From an uncultured Planctomycetota bacterium (GTDB lineage: Bacteria; Planctomycetota; Planctomycetia; Isosphaerales; Isosphaeraceae), in NCBI GenBank assembly GCA_963823665.1, contig CAWGMQ010000010.1:32001-96000 (forward strand): a stretch of 64,000 nucleotides of DNA. Reading direction: 5' to 3'. The notes under the pieces are model-generated. The model was not told the DNA's origin and ran no database searches. It saw only the letters and a list, made by a program, of their open reading frames with translations. The position numbers were made by a program, and so were the translations under genes. Positions 55,177 to 64,000 of this stretch are shown here, piece by piece (position 1 is the stretch's first letter; each line of letters opens with the position of its first letter).

Positions 55177-56172
55177 TCACTTCTCATGCTCAAGCATGGG
55201 GAACCGGCGGCCGGAGCGAGGCGCGAACCAGCGGTTGAGCAAATCCCTCCTCCGCTCCGGATGATTCTCTCGGGTAAAGATCTCGTAGGGCTCAACCAGG
55301 TGTCCCTCGAGCTGGTAGTCGGCGGGATCAAGCGCATCGGTCTCGGCCAGCGTATAGGTAACGGTCGCGAACGGCTCGCCGTTCGAGACCCTGCGCACCA
55401 CCATCCTGCGCACGACCTTCGTCTGTGCGTCGATCTCCAGCTCAGCGGACGACACTGTGGGGTATTGCGCAACCGCCGGCCGCGCCTTGGCCGTGGCCCG
55501 CACCACAATGGTCGAGGAGTCGGCGTCGCCAGGCTTCGTTTCCCGCGTCAGCTCGAAGCGGGCCAGCACTTCTCCCAGCCACTTCTCAAAGTTCAGCGAG
55601 TGGAGATCACAGTGAACGCTCAGCCAGAACGGAACCTCCCCGGCCTCCAGTCGCACTGCCGAGTGAGGCCCGAACGCGATCCAGAAACGGTTTGCCTCGT
55701 CGCGGCCCCAGGCCCAGCGCTGCTCGGGCCGAACAGACTCGACCCAGAACCGATCGCCCCGCGTCCAGAGCCGCGTCTGCCTGACCTGCGTACCGGCCGG
55801 CGAGAGCTCGGCGACCAGTGACGATTCGCGCCTCACCTCGACAAGATAGCACCGGTCAATCGGCAGCCGGTGCGCCCGACGCGCCTCGCGGACGACCGTC
55901 TCACCTTTCGCCAGCGCCGTTCGCTCGTGCATGAGCACGGCAAATCCGATCACGATCGCCGCCGCCGCGGCGACCGCACCCGCCCATTTCCAGGGCGCTC
56001 GGAACAACAGGCGGCGACCGCCCTCTGCCGATCCCTGCGGTGCCGGAGACGATAAGCTCCGCTCAATTCGGCCGAAGAGCACGCGCGGGTCGATCGCCTC
56101 CGCGCCGCGCTCGAGCTCGGCGCGCACCAGACGCTCCACATCCAGATCCGCTTGATGCTCAGGCTGATTCAT
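55177..56172 (-). CDS. Putative anti-sigma factor (single TM plus periplasmic domain)
   Basis: Overlaps the ECF stop; TM WAGAVAAAAAIVIGFAVL. Confidence 0.7.
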   Translation of the reverse strand: MNQPEHQADLDVERLVRAELERGAEAIDPRVLFGRIERSLSSPAPQGSAEGGRRLLFRAPWKWAGAVAAAAAIVIGFAVLMHERTALAKGETVVREARRAHRLPIDRCYLVEVRRESSLVAELSPAGTQVRQTRLWTRGDRFWVESVRPEQRWAWGRDEANRFWIAFGPHSAVRLEAGEVPFWLSVHCDLHSLNFEKWLGEVLARFELTRETKPGDADSSTIVVRATAKARPAVAQYPTVSSAELEIDAQTKVVRRMVVRRVSNGEPFATVTYTLAETDALDPADYQLEGHLVEPYEIFTRENHPERRRDLLNRWFAPRSGRRFPMLEHEK

Positions 56173-56716
56173 CGGGCGGATCCTCCAGGAACCTGGCCAG
56201 CCGCTCGGCGAGGATCTTGCGAGCGCGGTGCACCAGCACCCTCGCATTGCCCGGGCTCGTGCCGAGCGCCTCGGCGATCTCCTCCAGCGAGTAACCCAGG
56301 CTTTTCAGCTCCAGCGCACCACGCTGTGCAACCGTCAACTGACCTAGCTCGATTCCCAGCGCCTCTTCCAGCTCGCGGCAAGCAGCCTGCTCGTGCGGGT
56401 CGCCACTCTGTTCGGCGTGCAGAATTGGCGTGCCCGTCATCTCGCCGAGGGCTTCGGCTTCCAGGCTCACCATGCGGCGTTCGCGGTAGTTCTTGTCGAT
56501 ACATGCGTTCGTGATCGCCTTGTAGAGGAGCTTGGTGCCGTCCCGGGGCAGGTCGTAGTTGTCGGCTCGGGCGAGCAATTTGACGTAGCAGTCGTGGATC
56601 ACATCCTCCGCCACGGCCCGGTCGCGAAGCAGCGACGTGGCGTAGGCCAGGGCACGCGGAAGCGTGGCCAGGACCCAGGCATCTCTCATTCCATCAGGGT
56701 CTGGCCGACCAGACAC
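56159..56716 (-). CDS. ECF sigma factor
   Basis: AEDVIHDCY, LYKAITN, GYSLEEIAEALG..NARVLVHRARK; GTG start after GAGGTGA. Confidence 0.88.
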   Translation of the reverse strand: MSGRPDPDGMRDAWVLATLPRALAYATSLLRDRAVAEDVIHDCYVKLLARADNYDLPRDGTKLLYKAITNACIDKNYRERRMVSLEAEALGEMTGTPILHAEQSGDPHEQAACRELEEALGIELGQLTVAQRGALELKSLGYSLEEIAEALGTSPGNARVLVHRARKILAERLARFLEDPPDESA

Positions 56717-56883
56717 GATCACCTCGAGCCGGTCCAAAGCCGTCCACGGGCTTGCCCCGCGCGGTCCAGCTTCGGTCCTTATTAGATTACAACGGGATCG
56801 ACGGTGTTTTGTTACAATTCTGTCCCGGCAGACCGCCACCCTTGATGAGCCGCTTGATTACTGAGATCAAATTAACCGAGATG

Positions 56884-58236
56884 TTATTTCACCTTGCCAT
56901 CGATTCTCGCCAGCGCCTCTTTCGCAATAACGGTCGGCCGCGCTTCGGCATGGCCGGTGGCCATTTCTTTGAGGATGGAGATGGCCTCGGGCGTGTGAAT
57001 GTGCTCGAGCAGCACGATTGCGCGCTCCGCCCGCGTCCACTTTCGTTTGACTATTCCCCACGAGTTTCCGTTGATCTCGGAGACCCGATTCTCGGCCCAC
57101 CAGGAACTGCGGTCCGTGAAGAAGTTGAAGAATGCGCCCCGCCGCAGCTTGATCTCTTTTCCATCGAGCCAGGCCGGGTCGCGCTCGCTCAGCACGGCCA
57201 CCATTCGCTGGCGTCCAGGTGATTCGGTCACGCGATCCATCAGCTCCTCGAGCCCGATCGCCAGGCGCGGGTCGAAGTACTCGAGCTCTGCGAAGGCCGA
57301 TTTCCAGAGGTGTTCATCCGCGCTATTTAGCTTCAGCAACAGCGCCTTCACCTGTCCGGAAGTGATCGTGAGCGGTTTCAACTTGTCCTTGAGCAGTGCC
57401 ACCGCCTCGGGCGCGCGGCTGTAAAGCTCGAGCGAGGCCCGCGAGGCTTCGGCGGCGCCTTTCTCCAGGTCGTCCCAGCACGATTCGAGCGGTCTCTTGG
57501 CAGCCTTCAACCTTGCTAACGAATCCTTGGCGAGCTTCGTCGGCACCGCCTCGGGATGCCCTGTCGCCATCGCTTTCAAAATCGACGCGGCCTCGGGAGT
57601 GCCGATCTGTTCAAGAAGGACGATCGCGCGCTGCGCACGAGTCCATTTCCTCTTGAACGTGCTCCAGCGATAGGAGTTGATCTTCGAGACCTTCGGCTCA
57701 GCCCACCAGGAACCGACGCCCTGCGAGAAAAAATTGAAGCCATCGCCGACTGGGCTCAAATCGATCTGCTTGTCCTTGAGCGAGCCCGGTTCCCGTTCGC
57801 TCAAGACTTCGACCATCCGCTGCCGCGCAGGCGACTCCGTCACACGTTCCATCAACTCGGGAAGCTCGATCGCGAGGCGGGGGTCGAAGTACTCGAGCTC
57901 TGCAAAAGCCGGCTTCCAGAGATGCTCATCCGGGCTGTTCAGCTTGAGCAGCAGCGCCTTCACTTGGCCCGAGCTGATCGTGAGCGGCCTCAATTTGTCC
58001 TTGAGAAACGGGACGGCCTCCTGGGCATGATCGCAAAGATCGAGCAGCGCGCGTGAGGCCTCCGCTTCTCCTTTCTCCAGATCGATCCACCAGGAATCCA
58101 TCTGGCTCTGGTTCGCGGCGACGGTTACGCTCTGCGGCCCTGCGGATTTCCCCGACGGGGCGAACGTGAGCGCGACGGCTGCGAGACTGACCAACAGGGC
58201 ACAGTGGCTGCCGCACACTCGCCAGTGAATTGACAT
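56884..58236 (-). CDS. Secreted hypothetical protein made of two roughly 200-aa helical repeats
   Basis: RBS GGAGG, signal peptide; WxDLEKG..ELEYFDPRLAI..KRKWTRA.RAIVLLE..MATGH occurs twice. Confidence 0.82.
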   Translation of the reverse strand: MSIHWRVCGSHCALLVSLAAVALTFAPSGKSAGPQSVTVAANQSQMDSWWIDLEKGEAEASRALLDLCDHAQEAVPFLKDKLRPLTISSGQVKALLLKLNSPDEHLWKPAFAELEYFDPRLAIELPELMERVTESPARQRMVEVLSEREPGSLKDKQIDLSPVGDGFNFFSQGVGSWWAEPKVSKINSYRWSTFKRKWTRAQRAIVLLEQIGTPEAASILKAMATGHPEAVPTKLAKDSLARLKAAKRPLESCWDDLEKGAAEASRASLELYSRAPEAVALLKDKLKPLTITSGQVKALLLKLNSADEHLWKSAFAELEYFDPRLAIGLEELMDRVTESPGRQRMVAVLSERDPAWLDGKEIKLRRGAFFNFFTDRSSWWAENRVSEINGNSWGIVKRKWTRAERAIVLLEHIHTPEAISILKEMATGHAEARPTVIAKEALARIDGKVK

Positions 58237-58267
58237 GGGTCGCAACCTCCCGAACCAGTATCTTATC

Positions 58268-58623
58268 ATGCAGTTGTTCATCCACGGGAAGAAGGTGACT
58301 TTGCGAGGACCGTAGACCTCCAGTGCCAGGACGTAACGCTCGATGAGTTGCTTCATCGCGTCGGAAACGATGGCATTCAGGTCACGAGTCAGGACGGCGA
58401 GGAGTATGTACTTGAGGCAGCGGATGCGTTTGAACGCGAAGCGCGCGAACTTGGGCAGAGCGCGAAGCTCCCGGAGTGTCTTTCCGAGCGCTCGTCGCAG
58501 CCCCGCGGTGTTCCACTCGAGGAGATCGAAGCTCGGCTGTTCACAGTGGATCCGGTAACCGGCAGGCCCGCGCATAACGTCGACCCGTCCGATGGTGCGG
58601 CGTCTCACGTCGAGTCGCATTGA
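58268..58623 (+). pseudogene. Decayed toxin tail plus antitoxin-like gene
   Basis: QLFIHGKKVTL followed, in an overlapping frame, by (GCG)RTVDLQCQDVTLDELL..DGEEYVLEAADAFERE..VPLEEIEARL. Confidence 0.5.
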
Positions 58624-58639
58624 GCCAATCGCACCGAGC

Positions 58640-59029
58640 ATGCTCCGATCGCTGAAAAAACTCCTGGGACACATTTCGATGCACTCGAACGGGCTTCAAC
58701 CCGAAGCCAGATTCTCGGTGGTTGTCACGGATACGGAGATCATCAACCATCGCCCGGAGGGCAAGATCGAACGTGTCGCCTTTGCGGACTTGCTCGCCGT
58801 GATCATCGAGACCAATGACTCCGGACCGCTCGGCACCGATGTTTGGTGGATTCTGGTCGGCCGCAGCGCCGGCAGCGGCTGCGTATTCCCCGGCGGTGCC
58901 ACCGGCGAGAAGCAGGCGGTCGAGGCACTGCAACGACTCCCGGGATTCGATAACGAAGAATTCATCAAAGCCATGACCTGTGTGGAGAACGCGAGGTTTG
59001 TGCTCTGGAGAGCACCCCAAGCCCATTGA
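58640..59029 (+). CDS. Hypothetical protein
   Basis: IETNDSGPLGTDVWWIL, PGGATG, LQRLPGFDNE..AMTC..F.LW; protein-like composition. Confidence 0.7.
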   Translation: MLRSLKKLLGHISMHSNGLQPEARFSVVVTDTEIINHRPEGKIERVAFADLLAVIIETNDSGPLGTDVWWILVGRSAGSGCVFPGGATGEKQAVEALQRLPGFDNEEFIKAMTCVENARFVLWRAPQAH

Positions 59030-59239
59030 TCACAACGCCACGTCCGGCAATCCCAGAAACGCTGAAGGCTAAGCGATCCGGTTCGTGTGGTAACCCGCCA
59101 TTTCTCAAATCTCGGTCCCGTCCCAAGGGAGTTACTCTGAAAACTGACCCTCCACATCTGGCTGGCCTCAAACCGCAGCACGGACGTCCACGAGCATAAC
59201 TCAGGCCAGCGCCATTTTCATGGGGCTGCGTGCCCCTCC

Positions 59240-59622
59240 CTCCGGCGACGAGCTTCGCCTTCTGCGGATCGACTTCCGCAAGCCGATTGAGCGCCACGTC
59301 CAGGGCCGCGAGATCGAGCTCCGATTCCGATCGCGCTTCCGCTTCCGCTTCTGCTCCCGCTCCCGGGTCGGGCAGCGCGTCGGCGTCGAGGGCGTCCAGG
59401 TCGCTGCGGCGCCAACCACCGCCCTGCTTGGAGCTCAGTTTACGGTGCGCGTTGTCGACCAAAACTCGCCGCATCGCTTCGGCGGTGGCCATGAAGAAAT
59501 GACGGCGATTATTCCAACGAGCATCGTCAGAGTCGCCGACAAGCCGTAAGTACGCCTCGTGCACGAGCGCTGTCGGCTGAAGCGTCTGGCCCGGCCTTTC
59601 CTGGGCGAGCATCGCCGCGGCT
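59240..59622 (-). pseudogene. Truncated TIGR02999-like ECF sigma factor
   Basis: LAAAMLAQERPGQTLQPTALVHEAYLRLV..ALDVALNRLAEVDPQKAKLV aligns to the middle of 198-752. The first ~30 aa and the region-4 HTH are missing. Confidence 0.8.
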
Positions 59623-60313
59623 AACCTCTTGTTACGCGGCGTCTTCTTGCGGAACCGGCCACGGCCACGACCGCGGCGCATCCGATCGCCAGCAGGATCA
59701 TCGCCGAGGGCTCGGGTATCGAGGCAATGGTGATCGATCCACCCAGAGGCGTAAACGCGACGGGCAACCCGGTGGCGTCCGCCAGCGAGGTATCCGGGCC
59801 GAACGCGAGCGTGCCTGAGGAGCCAGGAGTCGCATTGGCGGCGACCGAATACTGAACGTTCACCAGGCCGAAGGTGTCGCCCGTGTTGATCGTCTGGGCG
59901 CCCGTCGAGAGGAGGAAGTCGAAGGTTTCGAATTGCGTCCCCGGAAACGTACTAAAGGTGAATGTCGATCCCGCAGTCGTTGCCGAAAGCGCGCCGTAGA
60001 TGTAAGGCGTTGCCGTCGCGATCGACACGTTGGTGAAGGAGACGCTGCTCAGACCGGTGAGCGAGAGCTCGACCGTATCGCTCGCCACATTGAAGCTACC
60101 TCCCGTGCTCGTGATCAGCACATCGAACGATCCGGAAGAGCCCGGATTGACGGTGAGGTTCGGAGCTTCGATGACCAGATCGGCCCGACACGAGGCGCCG
60201 AAACCGAGGGCGATCGTCGCCACGATCGCCGGGGCGAGCATGGCTCGAAGATGGACGAGGAACGATCCGCGTCGGAGACGAAACGACCGGCAGATGGGCC
60301 CTGGGTTTTTCAT
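59621..60313 (-). CDS. PEP-CTERM protein with a putative cohesin-like domain
   Basis: Signal peptide (..CRADL), a roughly 150-aa beta-rich domain, then IPEPS, a TM and RRRR. Confidence 0.85.
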   Translation of the reverse strand: MKNPGPICRSFRLRRGSFLVHLRAMLAPAIVATIALGFGASCRADLVIEAPNLTVNPGSSGSFDVLITSTGGSFNVASDTVELSLTGLSSVSFTNVSIATATPYIYGALSATTAGSTFTFSTFPGTQFETFDFLLSTGAQTINTGDTFGLVNVQYSVAANATPGSSGTLAFGPDTSLADATGLPVAFTPLGGSITIASIPEPSAMILLAIGCAAVVAVAGSARRRRVTRG

Positions 60314-60391
60314 GGGTTTCTTCTCACCTACGAAACAGGGTAAGCTCGGATGGAAATCTATCTGATCACACGCGGCGTGAGCTCGAGATGG

Positions 60392-63198
60392 TCAGGCCGG
60401 AGGCCCTAGAGTTGGAAGCTTCTTGCCGATGAAGCGACCGACCAAGTTGGTATCGTTGATATCCACAACACCGTCGCCGTTGATGTCGTCGAAGATGTTG
60501 TAAACGCCGCCCAGGCTCGCGAAATCGTTGCGGACGTCCACAAGGTCCTGCGCATTGACCACGCCATCGTCATTGACATCGCCGGGGAGGACGTCCAGGC
60601 GCCGGGTATAGGTCGTGATGCCCGCGTTGCCGATGGTCACCGTCACGCGGTCGGCCGTCGTGATCGCCTGGGCGAACGTGATCGTGTAGTTCGTCCCGGA
60701 GCCGGAGATCGTCACCGGCCCATAATTGGCGACCGTGATCCCCGTGACGCTCACGTCGCCCGGCGAAAGGGTCTCGGCTTGACTGAGCGTGATCTGGAGC
60801 TTGTTGATCCCATACCAGGGGAGATCGGTGTTGCGCCCGGCGGGGAGCAGCACCTGCACGCCGTTTTCCATCACGGTTTGCAACGCGATCGTGCCCGTCG
60901 TGCCCCAGTCGGCCGAGACCGCGGTCACGGTGGCGGCGACCTGGTTCACCGTCACGAGGAACTGCACGCTGGTCTGGTCCACCCCGCCGTTGGCCGTGCC
61001 GCCGCTCTCCATCACGGTCACCGTGATGGTGGCTGAGCCAAAGCTGTTCGCCGCCGGCGTGAAGGTCAACGTGCCCGTCGAATTCGGGCTGGTGTAAGTG
61101 ATCGACGGGTTGATCAGGGAGGAGTTAGTCGAGGAGGCCGTGACGGTCAGGGTCTCACTCGCGCCACCGCCGGCTGCGATACCCGTGAGGTCGACGGTCT
61201 GCTCACCCGCATTCTCATTGATCGTCACATTCGCAGGCTGGATGATCGTCGGCGCCTGGTTGACGAAGTTCACGGTCACGGTGAATTGTACGCTGGTCGT
61301 GTTCGCACCGCCGTCGTCCGAAACGGTGACGGTGATGGTGGCCGACCCGTACATGTTCGCCGCGGGCGTGAAGGTCAAAGTGCCCGTCGAATCCGGGCTG
61401 GTGTAGGTCACGGCCGGATTATTGATGAGGGAGGTGTTGTTCGAGGAGGCCGTGACCGAGAGCGTCACGTTCCCGGCGGCGCCGGACGTGATGCCCATGA
61501 GATCGACGGTCTGCTCGCCCGCGTTCTCATCGATCGTCAGGTTCGAGGGCGTGTTGATCGTTGGCGGGACGTTGACCTGGTTCACCGTCACTTTGAACTG
61601 CACCGCGGTCTCGTCCACCCCGCCGTTGGCCGTGCCGCCGTCGTCCATCACGGTCACGGTGATGGTGGCTGAGCCAGAGCTGTTGGCCGCAGGGGTAAAC
61701 GTCAACGTGCCGGTCGAATTCGGGCTGGTGTAGGTGATCGACGGGTTGATGAGTGAGGAGTTGTTCGAGGAGGCCGTGACCGTCAGGTTCTGGGTCTCGC
61801 CGCCGCCGGCCGCGATGCCCGTGAGGTCGACGGTGTGCTGGGCCGGGTTCGCATTCTCATTGATTGGTCACGTTCGAGGGCGTGTTGATCGTCGGCGCGT
61901 CGTTGACGTGGTAATAAAGCCGGCTATAGACTTCTGCGTCGTTGTCTACTGGTCTTGCTCTGCCAGACGAAGATGGCGTTGCCGTAGGGATTGGAGGCAA
62001 CGTCCGATGTCAGTCTGGCTGTCGCCGGACTGGGTCGATGGCTGGAACAGGGTTGTCCCGATCAGCGTCCCCCCCGAGTTGACGCGCTGGGCGAGGATCG
62101 TGCCATTGCGACGAGCTCGTCCCAGCAACGCCGTCACTCTCCCACGCCACGACGAAGTCGCCCTCGCTGTCGATCGCGACGGAGGGATGGGTCTGGAAGT
62201 AATTCTCGGGACTGCTGACTTGGACCACGCTCGTCAGCGCGTTCCCGCTGCCATCGAACCGCTGGACTTCGACCCCCGGATTCGTACCCGTCTGCGTGAA
62301 TTGCCAGGCGATGACGAACTGACCGGTCGGCTCCATGGCGACCGAGGGGTTCGCCGCGCCGGCGGCCGTGCTGATTGCGGTATTGGTCCCGTTCACCGTC
62401 GGGCCGCCGGAGCCCGAGGTATAGGTGTAGCGCTGGGCGTAGACTCCCGCGGTCTGAGCGGACCCGCCGTCCTCCCAGGCGATCACGAAGTTGCCCGAGG
62501 TATCCATCGCGATCGACGGGGCACCCTGATTATCCCCCTGGGGGCTGTTGACGCGGAAGACAGAACCCTGGGACACCCCGGACGCGTTGAATTGCTGTGC
62601 GAAGACACCGTGGCAGTTGGAGTCGTACCCCTGATACGCGATCACGAAGTCGCCGGCCGAGTCCATCGCCACCTTCGGCAAGTTGCCGGCCGCAGCCTTC
62701 GTGCCTCCCGGCGTGACGGTTATGGTGCTCCCCTGAGCAACCCCGGCGAGGTTGTACGCGCTGGGCGTTGATCGCGTAGAAACTACCGGTACTCGTAGGT
62801 CTGCCAGGCTACGACGATGTCGCCATTGGCGTCCATCGCCACCGAAGGACGGGTGCTTCCGGTCGTCTGGGCGACCTGCGATCTCGCCCGTCTGGGGGAC
62901 CCCGGCGGAGTTGTAGACGCGTGCCTTGACGTCGTAGATATAACTCGGGCCCAGGTGGGTTTGATTGTTCCAGGCCACGACGTAGTCGCCGTTGACTGTC
63001 CATCGCGACCGAAGGCTGAGTATCGTCCAGCGGAGCCGACGTGTTGACCTTTGCGTCAGTGCTCGAGACGGCGACCAAGCTCAAGACGATTCGCTCCTCC
63101 ATCGCTTCCAGCCTGGGCTGCACGACCCTGCTGCGCCGCCGGAATCGATCTCGCTTCTCTAGGGAACTCGGGAGAGGTCGTTTCATCGGAAGTCCCAT
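60392..63198 (-). CDS. Large secreted protein: planctomycete leader, PSVAMD repeats, 3 Ig/cadherin-like repeats, C-terminal dockerin (several frameshifts)
   Basis: RRR..PRLEAMEERIVLS; repeated PxVAMDxxGxFVIAW; three ~105-aa TVDLTGI..TLTFTPAAN..GSATITVTV repeats; GDVNDDGVVNAQD..DINGDGVVDIND. Confidence 0.82.
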
Positions 63199-63398
63199 CT
63201 GGTACAAGCAGCACGAGTTACGGAACCATACCGAAACCGCGAAACATCTCGGGACTGACTGAAAAGAGCGTTTCTGCGCTCAAACCGTCACGTCGGTTGG
63301 GACGAGCGTAAAGCGCGTGAAACCAAAATGCAACGGGGTCACTGCGAACCGGACCTCGTCTGATGCGAAAACTCAACATGACTGTTTCAATAATTGCG

Positions 63399-64000
63399 TC
63401 ATTTGGGTTCGGCCACCACCGCGCTGGGCCGGAGCCAGTAGGCGAACTCGGGGGCGGTGACGGCCTGGCGCGTCGCCTCTTTCTCCGCGTTCAAGATCAT
63501 GGGGCGCTGGAGGTCGGGCAGGAACCGCACGTCGAACAGCTCGGTGCAGCCCTCGGTGAACTCGAACAGCCCGAGCTGGCGGCCGGTGTGCAGCTCGATG
63601 ACGGCCACGCCGCAACGCAACCGCGGATATCGCTCCTGGACGGGCAGGCCGCCGAAGATGTGCTTCTCGCGAATCGTGCTCAGGCCGACCAGGGCGACCG
63701 GTCCGACGAAACCGAGCCCGCGAACGTAGCCGGGCAGGCTGCAAACGACTTCGTGCCGGAACGATTCGAGGTCGACCCGCCACAACTCCCCCGCGCCCGA
63801 GTTGAGCACCCAGAGCGATCCGTCGTGGAGGCGGGGCGAATGCGGCATGCTCAGCCCGCGCAGGACGATCTCGCCGGTGGGCACGTCGATCACCAGGCCG
63901 CCATCGGCCTTTCGCTCCCGCCAGCCGCCGACCGTGTCTGTCGCTCCCATTGCCGTGACGAACCGCGGCCGGCCGCCTTCCATCGCCAGCCCGTTGAGAT
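63399..64000 (-). CDS. TIGR03032 / DUF4915 family protein (5' part outside the window)
   Basis: LNGLAM at the window edge, GGWRERK, GLSMPHSPR, LNSGAG, LPGYVRGL, VGLSTIRE, ELFDV. Confidence 0.88.
   Translation of the reverse strand, partial: LNGLAMEGGRPRFVTAMGATDTVGGWRERKADGGLVIDVPTGEIVLRGLSMPHSPRLHDGSLWVLNSGAGELWRVDLESFRHEVVCSLPGYVRGLGFVGPVALVGLSTIREKHIFGGLPVQERYPRLRCGVAVIELHTGRQLGLFEFTEGCTELFDVRFLPDLQRPMILNAEKEATRQAVTAPEFAYWLRPSAVVAEPK

Noticed and set aside
58237..58674. N-terminal 146 aa of ORF 56884..58674
   Set aside because: A strong RBS and signal peptide support the ATG at 58236; the extension is antisense to the TA-like remnant.
4844..63198. Programmed ribosomal frameshifting at the split genes
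   Set aside because: Too many unrelated genes are affected and there are no consistent slippery sites; sequencing error is simpler.

Overview
This is a GC-rich bacterial chromosomal segment. Its gene families point to a planctomycete, probably Isosphaeraceae-like (inference): two DUF1549/DUF1553 + DUF1501 pairs, DUF1559, TIGR02999-type ECF sigma factors and an 'LEAMEERIVLS' leader. It carries housekeeping genes (rplM-rpsI, leuB, a YgiQ-type radical SAM enzyme), envelope glycosylation genes, five ECF sigma genes (one a remnant), five paralogous TPR proteins, decayed toxin-antitoxin-like fragments and several REP-like palindromes. About 16 genes are frameshifted, most likely from long-read indel errors, so split ORFs are merged here. 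The most interesting element is at the right end, on the minus strand. A TIGR03032/DUF4915 gene is followed by a large secreted repeat protein ending in a dockerin, and then by a small PEP-CTERM protein whose only domain looks like a cohesin. This is a candidate cohesin-dockerin surface-anchoring system outside cellulosomes. I saw no rRNA, tRNA, CRISPR array or transposase. All family calls come from motif recognition by eye; no database search was run.
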